Below, one piece after another: positions 12,701-27,500 of a stretch of DNA of 64,000 nt; the stretch's first letter is position 1, and the number at the start of each line of letters is the position of its first letter. The notes under the pieces were generated by a model. The model was not told the origin of the DNA. It searched no databases and was given only the letters and a program-made list of their open reading frames with translations. The DNA lies in the NCBI GenBank assembly GCA_964057225.1, contig OZ059897.1:806001-870000 (forward strand), given 5' to 3'. The DNA comes from Auanema rhodensis. Lineage: Eukaryota > Animalia > Nematoda. The translations under genes were made by a program, and so were the position numbers.

Positions 12701-14900
12701 ATTTTTAAGCTGCTTCGATCTGTGTTATCAGATTTGCGCTAGCTTAGAAATGCACCGAGATATCAACTGATATAAGTTCACACTTATATCCTCGATTTTC
12801 ACCCTGAAGAATTAATTTTTTCGTTGAATAACATTGTCCATCGTCTTCGCCTTGAAAAAAGAAATGTAAAAACATCTACTTTTCGTAAAATTATCTTGAA
12901 ATTTTTCAGGAAAATTTTTGTCAAAATGTTTTTGGAAGCAATGTTGAGTGTACATGGAAACTCAACATACACTAATGCATAATTTTTTAAACAATCATAA
13001 CTAATTTTTGTATTGAGCGTTTCTTAATGTATTATAGTGCATTCGATGCGGATTTTTAAGCTGCGTTGATCTGTGTTATCAGATTTGAGTTAACTTAAAA
13101 ATGCACCGAGATATCAACTGATATAAGTTCAAACTTATATCCTCGATTTTCACCCTGAAGAATTAATTTTTTCGTTGAATAACATTGTCCATCGTCTTCG
13201 CCTTGAAGAAAGAAATGTAAAAACATCTACTTTTCGTAAAATTATCTTGAAATTTTTCAGGAAAATTTTTGTCAAAATGTTTTTGGAAGCAATGTTGAGT
13301 GTACATGGAAACTCAACATACACTAATGCATAATTTTTTAAACAATCATAACTAATTTTTGTATTGAGCGTTTCTTAATGTATTATAGTGCATTCGATGC
13401 GGATTTTTAAGCTGCGTTGATCTGTGTTATCAGATTTGAGTTAACTTAAAAATGCACCGAGATATCAACTGATATAAGTTCACACTTATATCCTCGATTT
13501 TCACCCTGAAGAATTGATTTTTTCGTTGATTAACATTGTCCATCGTCTTTGCCTTGAAAAAAGGAATCTAAAAACATCTACTTTTTGTGAAATTATTTTG
13601 AAATTTTTTGGCAAAATTTTTGTCAAAATGTTTTTGAAAGCAATGTTGAGTGTACATGGAAACTCAACATACACTAATGCATTATTTTTCAAACGATCAT
13701 AACTAATTTTTGTATAGAGCGTTTCTCATTGTAGTATAGTGCATTCGATGCGGATTTTTAAGCTGCGTTGATCTGTGTTATCAGATTTGCGCTAGCTTAA
13801 AAATGAACCGAGATATCAACTGATATAAGTTCAAACTTATATCCTCGATTTTCACCCTGAAGAATTAATTTTTTCGTTGAATAACATTGTCCATCGTCTT
13901 CGCCTTGAAAAAAGAAATCTAAAAACATCTACTTTTAGTAAAATTATCTTGAAATTTTTCAGGAAAATTTTTGTCAAAATGTTTTTGGAAGCAATGTTGA
14001 GTGTACATGGAAACTCAACATACACTAATGCATAATTTTTTAAACAATCATAACTAATTTTTGTATTGAGCGTTTCTTAATGTATCATAGTGCATTCGAT
14101 GCGGATTTTTAAGCTGCTTCGATCTGTGTTATCAGATTTGCGCTAGCTTAGAAATGCACCGAGATATCAACTGATATAAGTTCACACTGATATCCTCGAT
14201 TTTCACCCTGAAGAATTAATTTTTTCGTTGAATAACATTGTCCATCGTCTTCGCCTTGAAAAAAGAAATGTAAAAACATCTACTTTTCGTAAAATTATCT
14301 TGAAATTTTTCAGGAAAATTTTTGTCAAAATGTTTTTGGAAGCAATGTTGAGTGTACATGGAAACTCAACATACACTAATGCATAATTTTTTAAACAATC
14401 ATAACTAATTTTTGTATTGAGCGTTTCTTAATGTATTATAGTGCATTCGATGCGGATTTTTAAGCTGCGTTGATCTGTGTTATCAGATTTGAGTTAACTT
14501 AAAAATGCACCGAGATATCAACTGATATAAGTTCACACTTATATCCTCGATTTTCACCCTGAAGAATTGATTTTTTCGTTGATTAACATTGTCCATCGTC
14601 TTTGCCTTGAAAAAAGGAATCTAAAAACATCTACTTTTTGTGAAATTATTTTGAAATTTTTTGGCAAAATTTTTGTCAAAATCTTTTTGAAAGCAATGTT
14701 GAGTGTACATGGAAACTCAACATACACTAATTCAACATTTTTCAAACGATCATAACTAATTTTTGTATTGAGCGTTTCTTAATGTATTATAGTGCATTCG
14801 ATGCGGATTTTTAAGCTGCTTCGATCTGTGTTATCAGATTTGCGCTAGCTTAGAAATGCACCGAGATATCAACTGATATAAGTTCACACTTATATCCTCG
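9640..14900. repeat. Higher-order repeat zone: 4-monomer core, 5-mer (1755 bp) period
   Basis: 9640/11395 and 10693/12448 are 1755 bp apart. Markers GTATAGAGCG, TTCAAACTT, CACTGATATC and GAATTGATT recur in the same order. Confidence 0.8.
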
Positions 14901-17900
14901 ATTTTCACCCTGAAGAATTAATTTTTTCGTTGAATAACATTGTCCATCGTCTTCGCCTTGAAAAAAGGAATTTAAAAACATCTACTTTTCGTGAAATTAT
15001 TTTGAAATTTTTCGGGAAAATTTTTGTCAAAATGTTTTTGGAAGCAATGTTGAGCGTACATGGAAACTCAACATACACTAATGCATCATTTTTCAAACGA
15101 TCATAACTAATTTTTGTATTGAGCGTTTCTTAATGTATTATAGTGCATTCGATGCGGATTTTTAAGCTGCGTCGATCTGTGTTATCAGATTTGAGTTAGC
15201 TTAAAAATGCACCGAGATATCAACTGATATAAGTTCACACTTATATCCTCGATTTTCACCCTGAAGAATTAATTTTTTCGTTGAATAACATTGTCCATCG
15301 TCTTCGCCTTGAAAAAAGAAATCTAAAAACATCTACTTTTTGTCAAAATGTTTTTGAAAGCAATGTTGAGTGTACATGGAAACTCAACATACACTAATGC
15401 ATCATTTTTAAAACGATCATAACTAATTTTTGTATTGAGCGTTTCTTAATGTATTATAGTGCATTCGATGCGGATTTTTAAGCTGCTTCGATCTGTGTTA
15501 TCAGATTTGCGCTAGCTTAAAAATGCACCGAGATATCAACTGATATAAGTTCACACTTATATCCTCGATTTTCACCCTGAAGAATTAATTTTTTCGTTGA
15601 TTAACATTGTCCATCGTCTTTGCCTTGAAAAAAGGAATCTGAAAACATCTACTTTTTGTGAAATTATTTTGAAATTTTTTGGCAAAATTTTTGTCAAAAT
15701 GTTTTTGAAAGCAATGTTGAGTGTACATGGAAACTCAACATACACTAATGCAACATTTTTCAAACGATCATAACTAATTTTTGTATTGAGCGTTTCTTTA
15801 TGTATTATAGTGCATTCGATGCGGATTTTTAAGCTGCGTCGATCTGTGTTATCAGATTTGAGTTAGCTTAAAAATGCACCGAGATATCAACTGATATAAG
15901 TTCACACTTATATCCTCGATTTTCACCCTGAAGAATTAATTTTTTCGTTGATTAACATTGTCCATCGTCTTTGCCTTGAAAAAAGGAATCTAAAAACATC
16001 TACTTTTTGTGAAATTATTTTGAAATTTTTTGGCAAAATTTTTGTCAAAATGTTTTTGAAAGCAATGTTGAGTGTACATGGAAACTCAACATACACTAAT
16101 GCAACATTTTTCAAACGATCATAACTAATTTTTGTATTGAGCGTTTCTGAATGTATTATAGTGCATTCGATGCGGATTTTTAAGCTGCTTCGATCTGTGT
16201 TATCAGATTTGCGCTAGCTTAAAAATGCACCGAGATATCAACTGATATAGGTTCACACTTATATCCTCGATTTTCACCCTGAAGAATTAATTTTTTCGTT
16301 GATTAACATTGTCCATCGTCTTTGCCTTGAAAAAAGGAATCTAAAAACATCTACTTTTTGTGAAATTATTTTGAAATTTTTTGGCAAAATTTTTGTCAAA
16401 ATGTTTTTGAAAGCAATGTTGAGTGTACATGGAAACTCAACATACACTAATGCAACATTTTTCAAACGATCATAACTAATTTTTGTATTGAGCGTTTCTG
16501 AATGTATTATAGTGCATTCGATGCGGATTTTTAAGCTGCTTCGATCTGTGTTATCAGATTTGCGCTAGCTTAAAAATGCACCGAGATATCAACTGATATA
16601 AGTTCACACTTATATCCTCGATTTTCACCCTGAAGAATTAATTTTTTCGTTGAATAACATTGTCCATCGTCTTCGCCTTGAAAAAAGAAATGTAAAAACA
16701 TCTACTTTTCGTAAAATTATCTTGAAATTTTTCAGGAAAATTTTTGTCAAAATGTTTTTGGAAGCAATGTTGAGTGTACATGGAAACTCAACATACACTA
16801 ATGCATAATTTTTTAAACAATCATAACTAATTTTTGTATTGAGCGTTTCTTAATGTATCATAGTGCATTCGATGCGGATTTTTAAGCTGCTTCGATCTGT
16901 GTTATCAGATTTGCGCTAGCTTAGAAATGCACCGAGATATCAACTGATATAAGTTCACACTGATATCCTCGATTTTCACCCTGAAGAATTAATTTTTTCG
17001 TTGAATAACATTGTCCATCGTCTTCGCCTTGAAAAAAGAAATGTAAAAACATCTACTTTTCGTAAAATTATCTTGAAATTTTTCAGGAAAATTTTTGTCA
17101 AAATGTTTTTGGAAGCAATGTTGAGTGTACATGGAAACTCAACATACACTAATGCATAATTTTTTAAACAATCATAACTAATTTTTGTATTGAGCGTTTC
17201 TTAATGTATTATAGTGCATTCGATGCGGATTTTTAAGCTGCGTTGATCTGTGTTATCAGATTTGAGTTAACTTAAAAATGCACCGAGATATCAACTGATA
17301 TAAGTTCACACTTATATCCTCGATTTTCACCCTGAAGAATTGATTTTTTCGTTGATTAACATTGTCCATCGTCTTTGCCTTGAAAAAAGGAATCTAAAAA
17401 CATCTACTTTTTGTGAAATTATTTTGAAATTTTTTGGCAAAATTTTTGTCAAAATGTTTTTGAAAGCAATGTTGAGTGTACATGGAAACTCAACATACAC
17501 TAATGCAACATTTTTCAAACGATCATAACTAATTTTTGTATTGAGCGTTTCTTAATGTATTATAGTGCATTCGATGCGGATTTTTAAGCTGCTTCGATCT
17601 GTGTTATCAGATTTGCGCTAGCTTAGAAATGCACCGAGATATCAACTGATATAAGTTCACACTTATATCCTCGATTTTCACCCTGAAGAATTAATTTTTT
17701 CGTTGAATAACATTGTCCATCGTCTTCGCCTTGAAAAAAGGAATTTAAAAACATCTACTTTTCGTGAAATTATTTTGAAATTTTTCGGGAAAATTTTTGT
17801 CAAAATGTTTTTGGAAGCAATGTTGAGCGTACATGGGAACTCAACATACACTAATGCATCATTTTTCAAACGATCATAACTAATTTTTGTATTGAGCGTT

Positions 17901-18500
17901 TCTTAATGTATTATAGTGCATTCGATGCGGATTTTTAAGCTGCGTCGATCTGTGTTATCAGATTTGAGTTAGCTTAAAAATGCACCGAGATATCAACTGA
18001 TATAAGTTCACACTTATATCCTCGATTTTCACCCTGAAGAATTAATTTTTTCGTTGAATAACATTGTCCATCGTCTTCGCCTTGAAAAAAGAAATCTAAA
18101 AACATCTACTTTTTGTCAAAATGTTTTTGAAAGCAATGTTGAGTGTACATGGAAACTCAACATACACTAATGCATCATTTTTAAAACGATCATAACTAAT
18201 TTTTGTATTGAGCGTTTCTTAATGTATTATAGTGCATTCGATGCGGATTTTTAAGCTGCTTCGATCTGTGTTATCAGATTTGCGCTAGCTTAAAAATGCA
18301 CCGAGATATCAACTGATATAAGTTCACACTTATATCCTCGATTTTCACCCTGAAGAATTAATTTTTTCGTTGATTAACATTGTCCATCGTCTTTGCCTTG
18401 AAAAAAGGAATCTGAAAACATCTACTTTTTGTGAAATTATTTTGAAATTTTTTGGCAAAATTTTTGTCAAAATGTTTTTGAAAGCAATGTTGAGTGTACA
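14100..18500. repeat. Block duplication at 8-monomer offset (2773 bp = 7x351+316)
   Basis: Matching pairs are 14554/17327, 14905/17678, deletion monomers 15256/18029, and TCTGAAAACA-marked monomers 15572/18345. Confidence 0.8.
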
Positions 18501-21500
18501 TGGAAACTCAACATACACTAATGCATAATTTTTTAAACAATCATAACTAATTTTTGTATTGAGCGTTTCTTAATGTATTATAGTGCATTCGATGCGGATT
18601 TTTAAGCTGCTTCGATCTGTGTTATCAGATTTGCGCTAGCTTAGAAATGCACCGAGATATCAACTGATATAAGTTCACACTTATATCCTCGATTTTCACC
18701 CTGAAGAATTAATTTTTTCGTTGAATAACATTGTCCATCGTCTTCGCCTTGAAAAAAGGAATTTAAAAACATCTACTTTTTGTGAAATTATTTTGAAATT
18801 TTTCGGGAAAATTTTTGTCAAAATGTTTTTGGAAGCAATGTTGAGTGTACATGGAAACTCAACATACACTAATGCATCATTTTTCAAACGATCATAACTA
18901 ATTTTTGTATTGAGCGTTTTTTAATGTATTATAGTGCATTCGATACGGATTTTTAAGCTGCTTCGATCTGTGTTATCAGATTTGCGCTAGCAAAGAAATG
19001 CACCGAGATATCAACTGATATATGTTCACACTTATATCCTCGATTTTCACCCTGAAGAATTAATTTTTTCGTTGAATAACAATGTCCATCGTCTTCGCCT
19101 TGAAAAAAGAAATCTAAAAACATCTACTTTTTGTCAAAATGTTTTTGAAAGCAATGTTGAGTGTACATGGAAACTCAACATACACTAATGCATCATTTTT
19201 CAAACGATCATAACTAATTTTTGTATTGAGCGTTTCTTTATGTATTATAGTGCATTCGATGCGGATTTTTAAGCTGCGTCGATCTGTGTTATCAGATTTG
19301 AGTTAGCTTAAAAATGCACCGAGATATCAACTGATATAAGTTCACACTTATATCCTCGATTTTCACCCTGAAGAATTAATTTTTTCGTTGATTAACATTG
19401 TCCATCGTCTTTGCCTTGAAAAAAGGAATCTAAAAACATCTACTTTTTGTGAAATTATTTTGAAATTTTTTGGCAAAATTTTTGTCAAAATGTTTTTGAA
19501 AGCAATGTTGAGTGTACATGGAAACTCAACATACACTAATGCATCATTTTTAAAACGATCATAACTAATTTTTGTATTGGGCGTTTCTTTATGTATTATA
19601 GTGCATTCGATGCGGATTTTTAAGCTGCGTCGATCTGTGTTATCAGATTTGAGTTAGCTTAAAAATGCACCGAGATATCAACTGATATAAGTTCACACTT
19701 ATATCCTCGATTTTCACCCTGAAGAATTAATTTTTTCGTTGATTAACATTGTCCATCGTCTTTGCCTTGAAAAAAGGAATCTAAAAACATCTACTTTTTG
19801 TGAAATTATTTTGAAATTTTTTGGCAAAATTTTTGTCAAAATGTTTTTGAAAGCAATGTTGAGTGTACATGGAAACTCAACATACACTAATGCAACATTT
19901 TTCAAACGATCATAACTAATTTTTGTATTGAGCGTTTCTTAATGTATCATAGTGCATTCGATGCGGATTTTTAAGCTGCGTCGATCTGTGTTATCAGATT
20001 TGAGTTAGCTTAAAAATGCACCGAGATATCAACTGATATAAGTTCACACTTATATCCTCGATTTTCACCCTGAAGAAATGATTTTTTCGTTGAATAACAT
20101 TGTCCATCGTCTTCGCCTTGAAAAAAGAAATCTAAAAACATCTACTTTTGGTAAAATTATTTTGAAATTTTTCAGGAAAATTTTTGTCAAAATGTTTTTG
20201 GAATCAATGTTGAGTGTACATGGAAACTCAACATACACTAATGCAACATTTTTCAAACGATCATAACTAATTTTTGTATTGTGCGTTTCTTAATGTATCA
20301 TAGTGCATTCGATGCGGATTTTTAAGCTGCGTCGATCTGTGTTATCAGATTTGAGTTAGCTTAAAAATGCACCGAGATATCAACTGATATAAGTTCACAC
20401 TTATATCCTCGATTTTCACCCTGAAGAAATGATTTTTTCGTTGAATAACATTGTCCATCGTCTTCGCCTTGAAAAAAGAAATCTAAAAACATCTACTTTT
20501 AGTAAAATTATCTTGAAATTTTTCAGGAAAATTTTTGTCAAAATGTTTTTGGAAGCAATGTTGAGCGTACATGGAAACTCAACATACACTAATGCATAAT
20601 TTTTTAAACAATCATAACTAATTTTTGTATTGAGCGTTTCTTAATGTATCATACTGCATTCGATGCGGATTTTTAAGCTGCGTCGATCTGTGTTATCAGA
20701 TTTGAGTTAGCTTAAAAATGCACCGAGATATCAACTGATATAAGTTCACACTTATATCCTCGATTTTCACCCTGAAGAAATGATTTTTTCGTTGAATAAC
20801 ATTGTCCATCGTCTTCGCCTTGAAAAAAGAAATCTAAAAACATCTACTTTTGGTAAAATTATTTTGAAATTTTTCAGGAAAATTTTTGTCAAAATGTTTT
20901 TGGAATCAATGTTGAGTGTACATGGAAACTCAACATACACTAATGCAACATTTTTCAAACGATCATAACTAATTTTTGTATTGTGCGTTTCTTAATGTAT
21001 TATAGTGCATTCGATGCGGATTTTTAAGCTGCTTCGATCTGTGTTATCAGATTTGCGCTAGCTTAAAAATGAACCGAGATATCAACTGATATAAGTTCAC
21101 ACTTATATCCTCGATTTTCACCCTGAAGAATTAATTTTTTCGTTGAATAACATTGTCCATCGTCTTCGCCTTGAAAAAAGAAATCTAAAAACATCTACTT
21201 TTGGTAAAATTATTTTGAAATTTTTCAGGAAAATTTTTGTCAAAATGTTTTTGGAAGCAATGTTGAGTGTACATGGAAACTCAACATACACTAATGCATA
21301 ATTTTTTAAACAATCATAACTAATTTTTGTATTGAGCGTTTCTTAATGTATCATAGTGCATTCGATGCGGATTTTTAAGCTGCTTCGATCTGTGTTATCA
21401 GATTTGAGTTAGCTTAAAAATGCACCGAGATATCAACTGATATAAGTTCACACTTATATCCTCGATTTTCACCCTGAAGAAATGATTTTTTCGTTGAATA

Positions 21501-24500
21501 ACATTGTCCATCGTCTTCGCCTTGAAAAAAGAAATCTAAAAACATCTACTTTTAGTAAAATTATCTTGAAATTTTTCAGGAAAATTTTTGTCAAAATGTT
21601 TTTGGAATCAATGTTGAGTGTACATGGAAACTCAACATACACTAATGCAACATTTTTCAAACGATCATAACTAATTTTTGTATTGTGCGTTTCTTAATGT
21701 ATTATAGTGCATTCGATGCGGATTTTTAAGCTGCTTCGATCTGTGTTATCAGATTTGCGCTAGCTTAGAAATGCACCGAGATATCAACTGATATAAGTTC
21801 ACACTTATATCCTCGATTTTCACCCTGAAGAATTAATTTTTTCGTTGAATAACATTGTCCATCGTCTTCGCCTTGAAAAAAGGAATTTAAAAACATCTAC
21901 TTTTTGTGAAATTATTTTGAAATTTTTCGGGAAAATTTTTGTCAAAATGTTTTTGGAAGCAATGTTGAGTGTACATGGAAACTCAACATACACTAATGCA
22001 TCATTTTTCAAACGATCATAACTAATTTTTGTATTGAGCGTTTTTTAATGTATTATAGTGCATTCGATACGGATTTTTAAGCTGCTTCGATCTGTGTTAT
22101 CAGATTTGCGCTAGCAAAGAAATGCACCGAGATATCAACTGATATATGTTCACACTTATATCCTCGATTTTCACCCTGAAGAATTAATTTTTTCGTTGAA
22201 TAACAATGTCCATCGTCTTCGCCTTGAAAAAAGAAATCTAAAAACATCTACTTTTTGTCAAAATGTTTTTGAAAGCAATGTTGAGTGTACATGGAAACTC
22301 AACATACACTAATGCATCATTTTTCAAACGATCATAACTAATTTTTGTATTGAGCGTTTTTTAATGTATTATAGTGCATTCGATACGGATTTTTAAGCTG
22401 CGTCGATCTGTGTTATCAGATTTGAGTTAGCTTAAAAATGCACCGAGATATCAACTGATATAAGTTCACACTTATATCCTCGATTTTCACCCTGAAGAAT
22501 TAATTTTTTCGTTGATTAACATTGTCCATCGTCTTTGCCTTGAAAAAAGGAATCTAAAAACATCTACTTTTTGTGAAATTATTCTGAAATTTTTTGGCAA
22601 AATTTTTGTCAAAATGTTTTTGAAAGCAATGTTGAGTGTACATGGAAACTCAACATACACTAATGCAACATTTTTCAAACGATCATAACTAATTTTTGTA
22701 TTGAGCGTTTCTTAATGTATTATAGTGCATTCGATGCGGATTTTTAAGCTGCTTCGATCTGTGTTATCAGATTTGCGCTAGCTTAAAAATGAACCGAGAT
22801 ATCAACTGATATAAGTTCACACTTATATCCTCGATTTTCACCCTGAAGAATTAATTTTTTCGTTGAATAACATTGTCCATCGTCTTCGCCTTGAAAAAAG
22901 AAATCTAAAAACATCTACTTTTAGTAAAATTATCTTGAAATTTTTCAGGAAAATTTTTGTCAAAATGTTTTTGGAAGCAATGTTGAGTGTACATGGAAAC
23001 TCAACATACACTAATGCATAATTTTTTAAACAATCATAACTAATTTTTGTATTGAGCGTTTTTTAATGTATTATAGTGCATTCGATACGGATTTTTAAGC
23101 TGCGTCGATCTGTGTTATCAGATTTGAGTTAGCTTAAAAATGCACCGAGATATCAACTGATATAAGTTCACACTTATATCCTCGATTTTCACCCTGAAGA
23201 ATTAATTTTTTCGTTGATTAACATTGTCCATCGTCTTTGCCTTGAAAAAAGGAATCTAAAAACATCTACTTTTTGTGAAATTATTTTGAAATTTTTCGGG
23301 AAAATTTTTGTCAAAATGTTTTTGGAAGCAATGTTGAGTGTACATGGAAACTCAACATACACTAATGCATCATTTTTCAAACGATCATAACTAATTTTTG
23401 TATTGAGCGTTTTTTAATGTATTATAGTGCATTCGATACGGATTTTTAAGCTGCTTCGATCTGTGTTATCAGATTTGCGCTAGCAAAGAAATGCACCGAG
23501 ATATCAACTGATATATGTTCACACTTATATCCTCGATTTTCACCCTGAAGAATTAATTTTTTCGTTGAATAACAATGTCCATCGTCTTCGCCTTGAAAAA
23601 AGAAATCTAAAAACATCTACTTTTTGTCAAAATGTTTTTGAAAGCAATGTTGAGTGTACATGGAAACTCAACATACACTAATGCATCATTTTTCAAACGA
23701 TCATAACTAATTTTTGTATTGAGCGTTTCTTTATGTATTATAGTGCATTCGATGCGGATTTTTAAGCTGCGTCGATCTGTGTTATCAGATTTGAGTTAGC
23801 TTAAAAATGCACCGAGATATCAACTGATATAAGTTCACACTTATATCCTCGATTTTCACCCTGAAGAATTAATTTTTTCGTTGAATAACATTGTCCATCG
23901 TCTTCGCCTTGAAAAAAGGAATTTAAAAACATCTACTTTTTGTGAAATTATTTTGAAATTTTTCGGGAAAATTTTTGTCAAAATGTTTTTGGAAGCAATG
24001 TTGAGTGTACATGGAAACTCAACATACACTAATGCATCATTTTTCAAACGATCATAACTAATTTTTGTATTGAGCGTTTTTTAATGTATTATAGTGCATT
24101 CGATACGGATTTTTAAGCTGCTTCGATCTGTGTTATCAGATTTGCGCTAGCAAAGAAATGCACCGAGATATCAACTGATATATGTTCACACTTATATCCT
24201 CGATTTTCACCCTGAAGAATTAATTTTTTCGTTGAATAACAATGTCCATCGTCTTCGCCTTGAAAAAAGAAATCTAAAAACATCTACTTTTTGTCAAAAT
24301 GTTTTTGAAAGCAATGTTGAGTGTACATGGAAACTCAACATACACTAATGCATCATTTTTCAAACGATCATAACTAATTTTTGTATTGAGCGTTTCTTTA
24401 TGTATTATAGTGCATTCGATGCGGATTTTTAAGCTGCGTCGATCTGTGTTATCAGATTTGCGCTAGCTTAGAAATGCACCGAGATATCAACTGATATAAG

Positions 24501-27500
24501 TTCACACTTATATCCTCGATTTTCACCCTGAAGAATTAATTTTTTCGTTGAATAACATTGTCCATCGTCTTCGCCTTGAAAAAAGAAATGTAAAAACATC
24601 TACTTTTCGTAAAATTATCTAGAAATTTTTCAGGAAAATTTTTGTCAAAATGTTTTTGGAAGCAATGTTGAGTGTACATGGAAACTCAACATACACTAAT
24701 GCATAATTTTTTAAACAATCATAACTAATTTTTGTATTGAGCGTTTCTTAATGTATTATAGTGCATTCGATGCGGATTTTTAAGCTGCTTCGATCTGTGT
24801 TATCAGATTTGCGCTAGCTTAGAAATGCACCGAGATATCAACTGATATAAGTTCACACTTATATCCTCGATTTTCACCCTGAAGAATTAATTTTTTCGTT
24901 GAATAACATTGTCCATCGTCTTCGCCTTGAAAAAAGGAATTTAAAAACATCTACTTTTTGTGAAATTATTTTGAAATTTTTCGGGAAAATTTTTGTCAAA
25001 ATGTTTTTGGAAGCAATGTTGAGTGTACATGGAAACTCAACATACACTAATGCATCATTTTTCAAACGATCATAACTAATTTTTGTATTGAGCGTTTTTT
25101 AATGTATTATAGTGCATTCGATACGGATTTTTAAGCTGCTTCGATCTGTGTTATCAGATTTGCGCTAGCAAAGAAATGCACCGAGATATCAACTGATATA
25201 TGTTCACACTTATATCCTCGATTTTCACCCTGAAGAATTAATTTTTTCGTTGAATAACAATGTCCATCGTCTTTGCCTTGAAAAAAGGAATTTAAAAACA
25301 TCTACTTTTCGTGAAATTATTCTGAAATTTTTCGGGAAAATTTTTGTCAAAATGTTTTTGGAAGCAATGTTGAGCGTACATGGAAACTCAACATACACTA
25401 ATGCATCATTTTTCAAACGATCATAACTAATTTTTGTATTGAGCGTTTCTCAATGTATTATAGTGCATTCGATGCGGATTTTTAAGCTGCGTCGATCTGT
25501 GTTATCAGATTTGAGTTAGCTTAAAAATGCACCGAGATATCAACTGATATAAGTTCACACTTATATCCTCGATTTTCACCCTGAAGAATTAATTTTTTCG
25601 TTGAATAACAATGTCCATCGTCTTCGCCTTGAAAAAAGAAATCTAAAAACATCTACTTTTTGTCAAAATGTTTTTGAAAGCAATGTTGAGTGTACATGGA
25701 AACTCAACATACACTAATGCATCATTTTTAAAACGATCATAACTAATTTTTGTATTGAGCGTTTCTTAATGTATTATAGTGCATTCGATGCGGATTTTTA
25801 AGCTGCTTCGATCTGTGTTATCAGATTTGCGCTAGCTTAAAAATGCACCGAGATATCAACTGATATAAGTTCACACTTATATCCTCGATTTTCACCCTGA
25901 AGAATTAATTTTTTCGTTGATTAACATTGTCCATCGTCTTTGCCTTGAAAAAAGGAATCTAAAAACATCTACTTTTTGTGAAATTATTTTGAAATTTTTT
26001 GGCAAAATTTTTGTCAAAATGTTTTTGAAAGCAATGTTGAGTGTACATGGAAACTCAACATACACTAATGCAACATTTTTCAAACGATCATAACTAATTT
26101 TTGTATTGAGCGTTTCTTTATGTATTATAGTGCATTCGATGCGGATTTTTAAGCTGCGTCGATCTGTGTTATCAGATTTGAGTTAGCTTAAAAATGCACC
26201 GAGATATCAACTGATATAAGTTCACACTTATATCCTCGATTTTCACCCTGAAGAATTAATTTTTTCGTTGATTAACATTGTCCATCGTCTTTGCCTTGAA
26301 GAAAGGAATCTAAAAACATCTACTTTTTGTGAAATTATTTTGAAATTTTTTGGCAAAATTTTTGTCAAAATGTTTTTGAAAGCAATGTTGAGTGTACATG
26401 GAAACTCAACATACACTAATGCAACATTTTTCAAACGATCATAACTAATTTTTGTATTGAGCGTTTCTGAATGTATTATAGTGCATTCGATGCGGATTTT
26501 TAAGCTGCTTCGATCTGTGTTATCAGATTTGCGCTAGCTTAAAAATGCACCGAGATATCAACTGATATAAGTTCACACTTATATCCTCGATTTTTACCCT
26601 GAAGAATTAATTTTTTCGTTGATTAACATTGTCCATCGTCTTTGCCTTGAAAAAAGGAATCTAAAAACATCTACTTTTTGTGAAATTATTTTGAAATTTT
26701 TTGGCAAAATTTTTGTCAAAATGTTTTTGAAAGCAATGTTGAGTGTACATGGAAACTCAACATACACTAATGCAACATTTTTCAAACGATCATAACTAAT
26801 TTTTGTATTGAGCGTTTCTTAATGTATTATAGTGCATTCGATGCGGATTTGTAAGCTGCTTCGATCTGTGTTATCAGATTTGCGCTAGCTTAAAAATGAA
26901 CCGAGATATCAACTGATATAAGTTCACACTTATATCCTCGATTTTCACCCTGAAGAATTAATTTTTTCGTTGAATAACATTGTCCATCGTCTTCGCCTTG
27001 AAAAAAGAAATCTAAAAACATCTACTTTTAGTAAAATTATCTTGAAATTTTTCAGGAAAATTTTTGTCAAAATGTTTTTGGAAGCAATGTTGAGTGTACA
27101 TGGAAACTCAACATACACTAATGCATAATTTTTTAAACAATCATAACTAATTTTTGTATTGAGCGTTTCTTAATGTATCATAGTGCATTCGATGCGGATT
27201 TTTAAGCTGCTTCGATCTGTGTTATCAGATTTGCGCTAGCTTAGAAATGCACCGAGATATCAACTGATATAAGTTCACACTGATATCCTCGATTTTCACC
27301 CTGAAGAATTAATTTTTTCGTTGAATAACATTGTCCATCGTCTTCGCCTTGAAAAAAGAAATGTAAAAACATCTACTTTTGGTAAAATTATTTTGAAATT
27401 TTTCAGGAAAATTTTTGTCAAAATGTTTTTGGAATCAATGTTGAGTGTACATGGAAACTCAACATACACTAATGCATAATTTTTTAAACGATCATAACTA

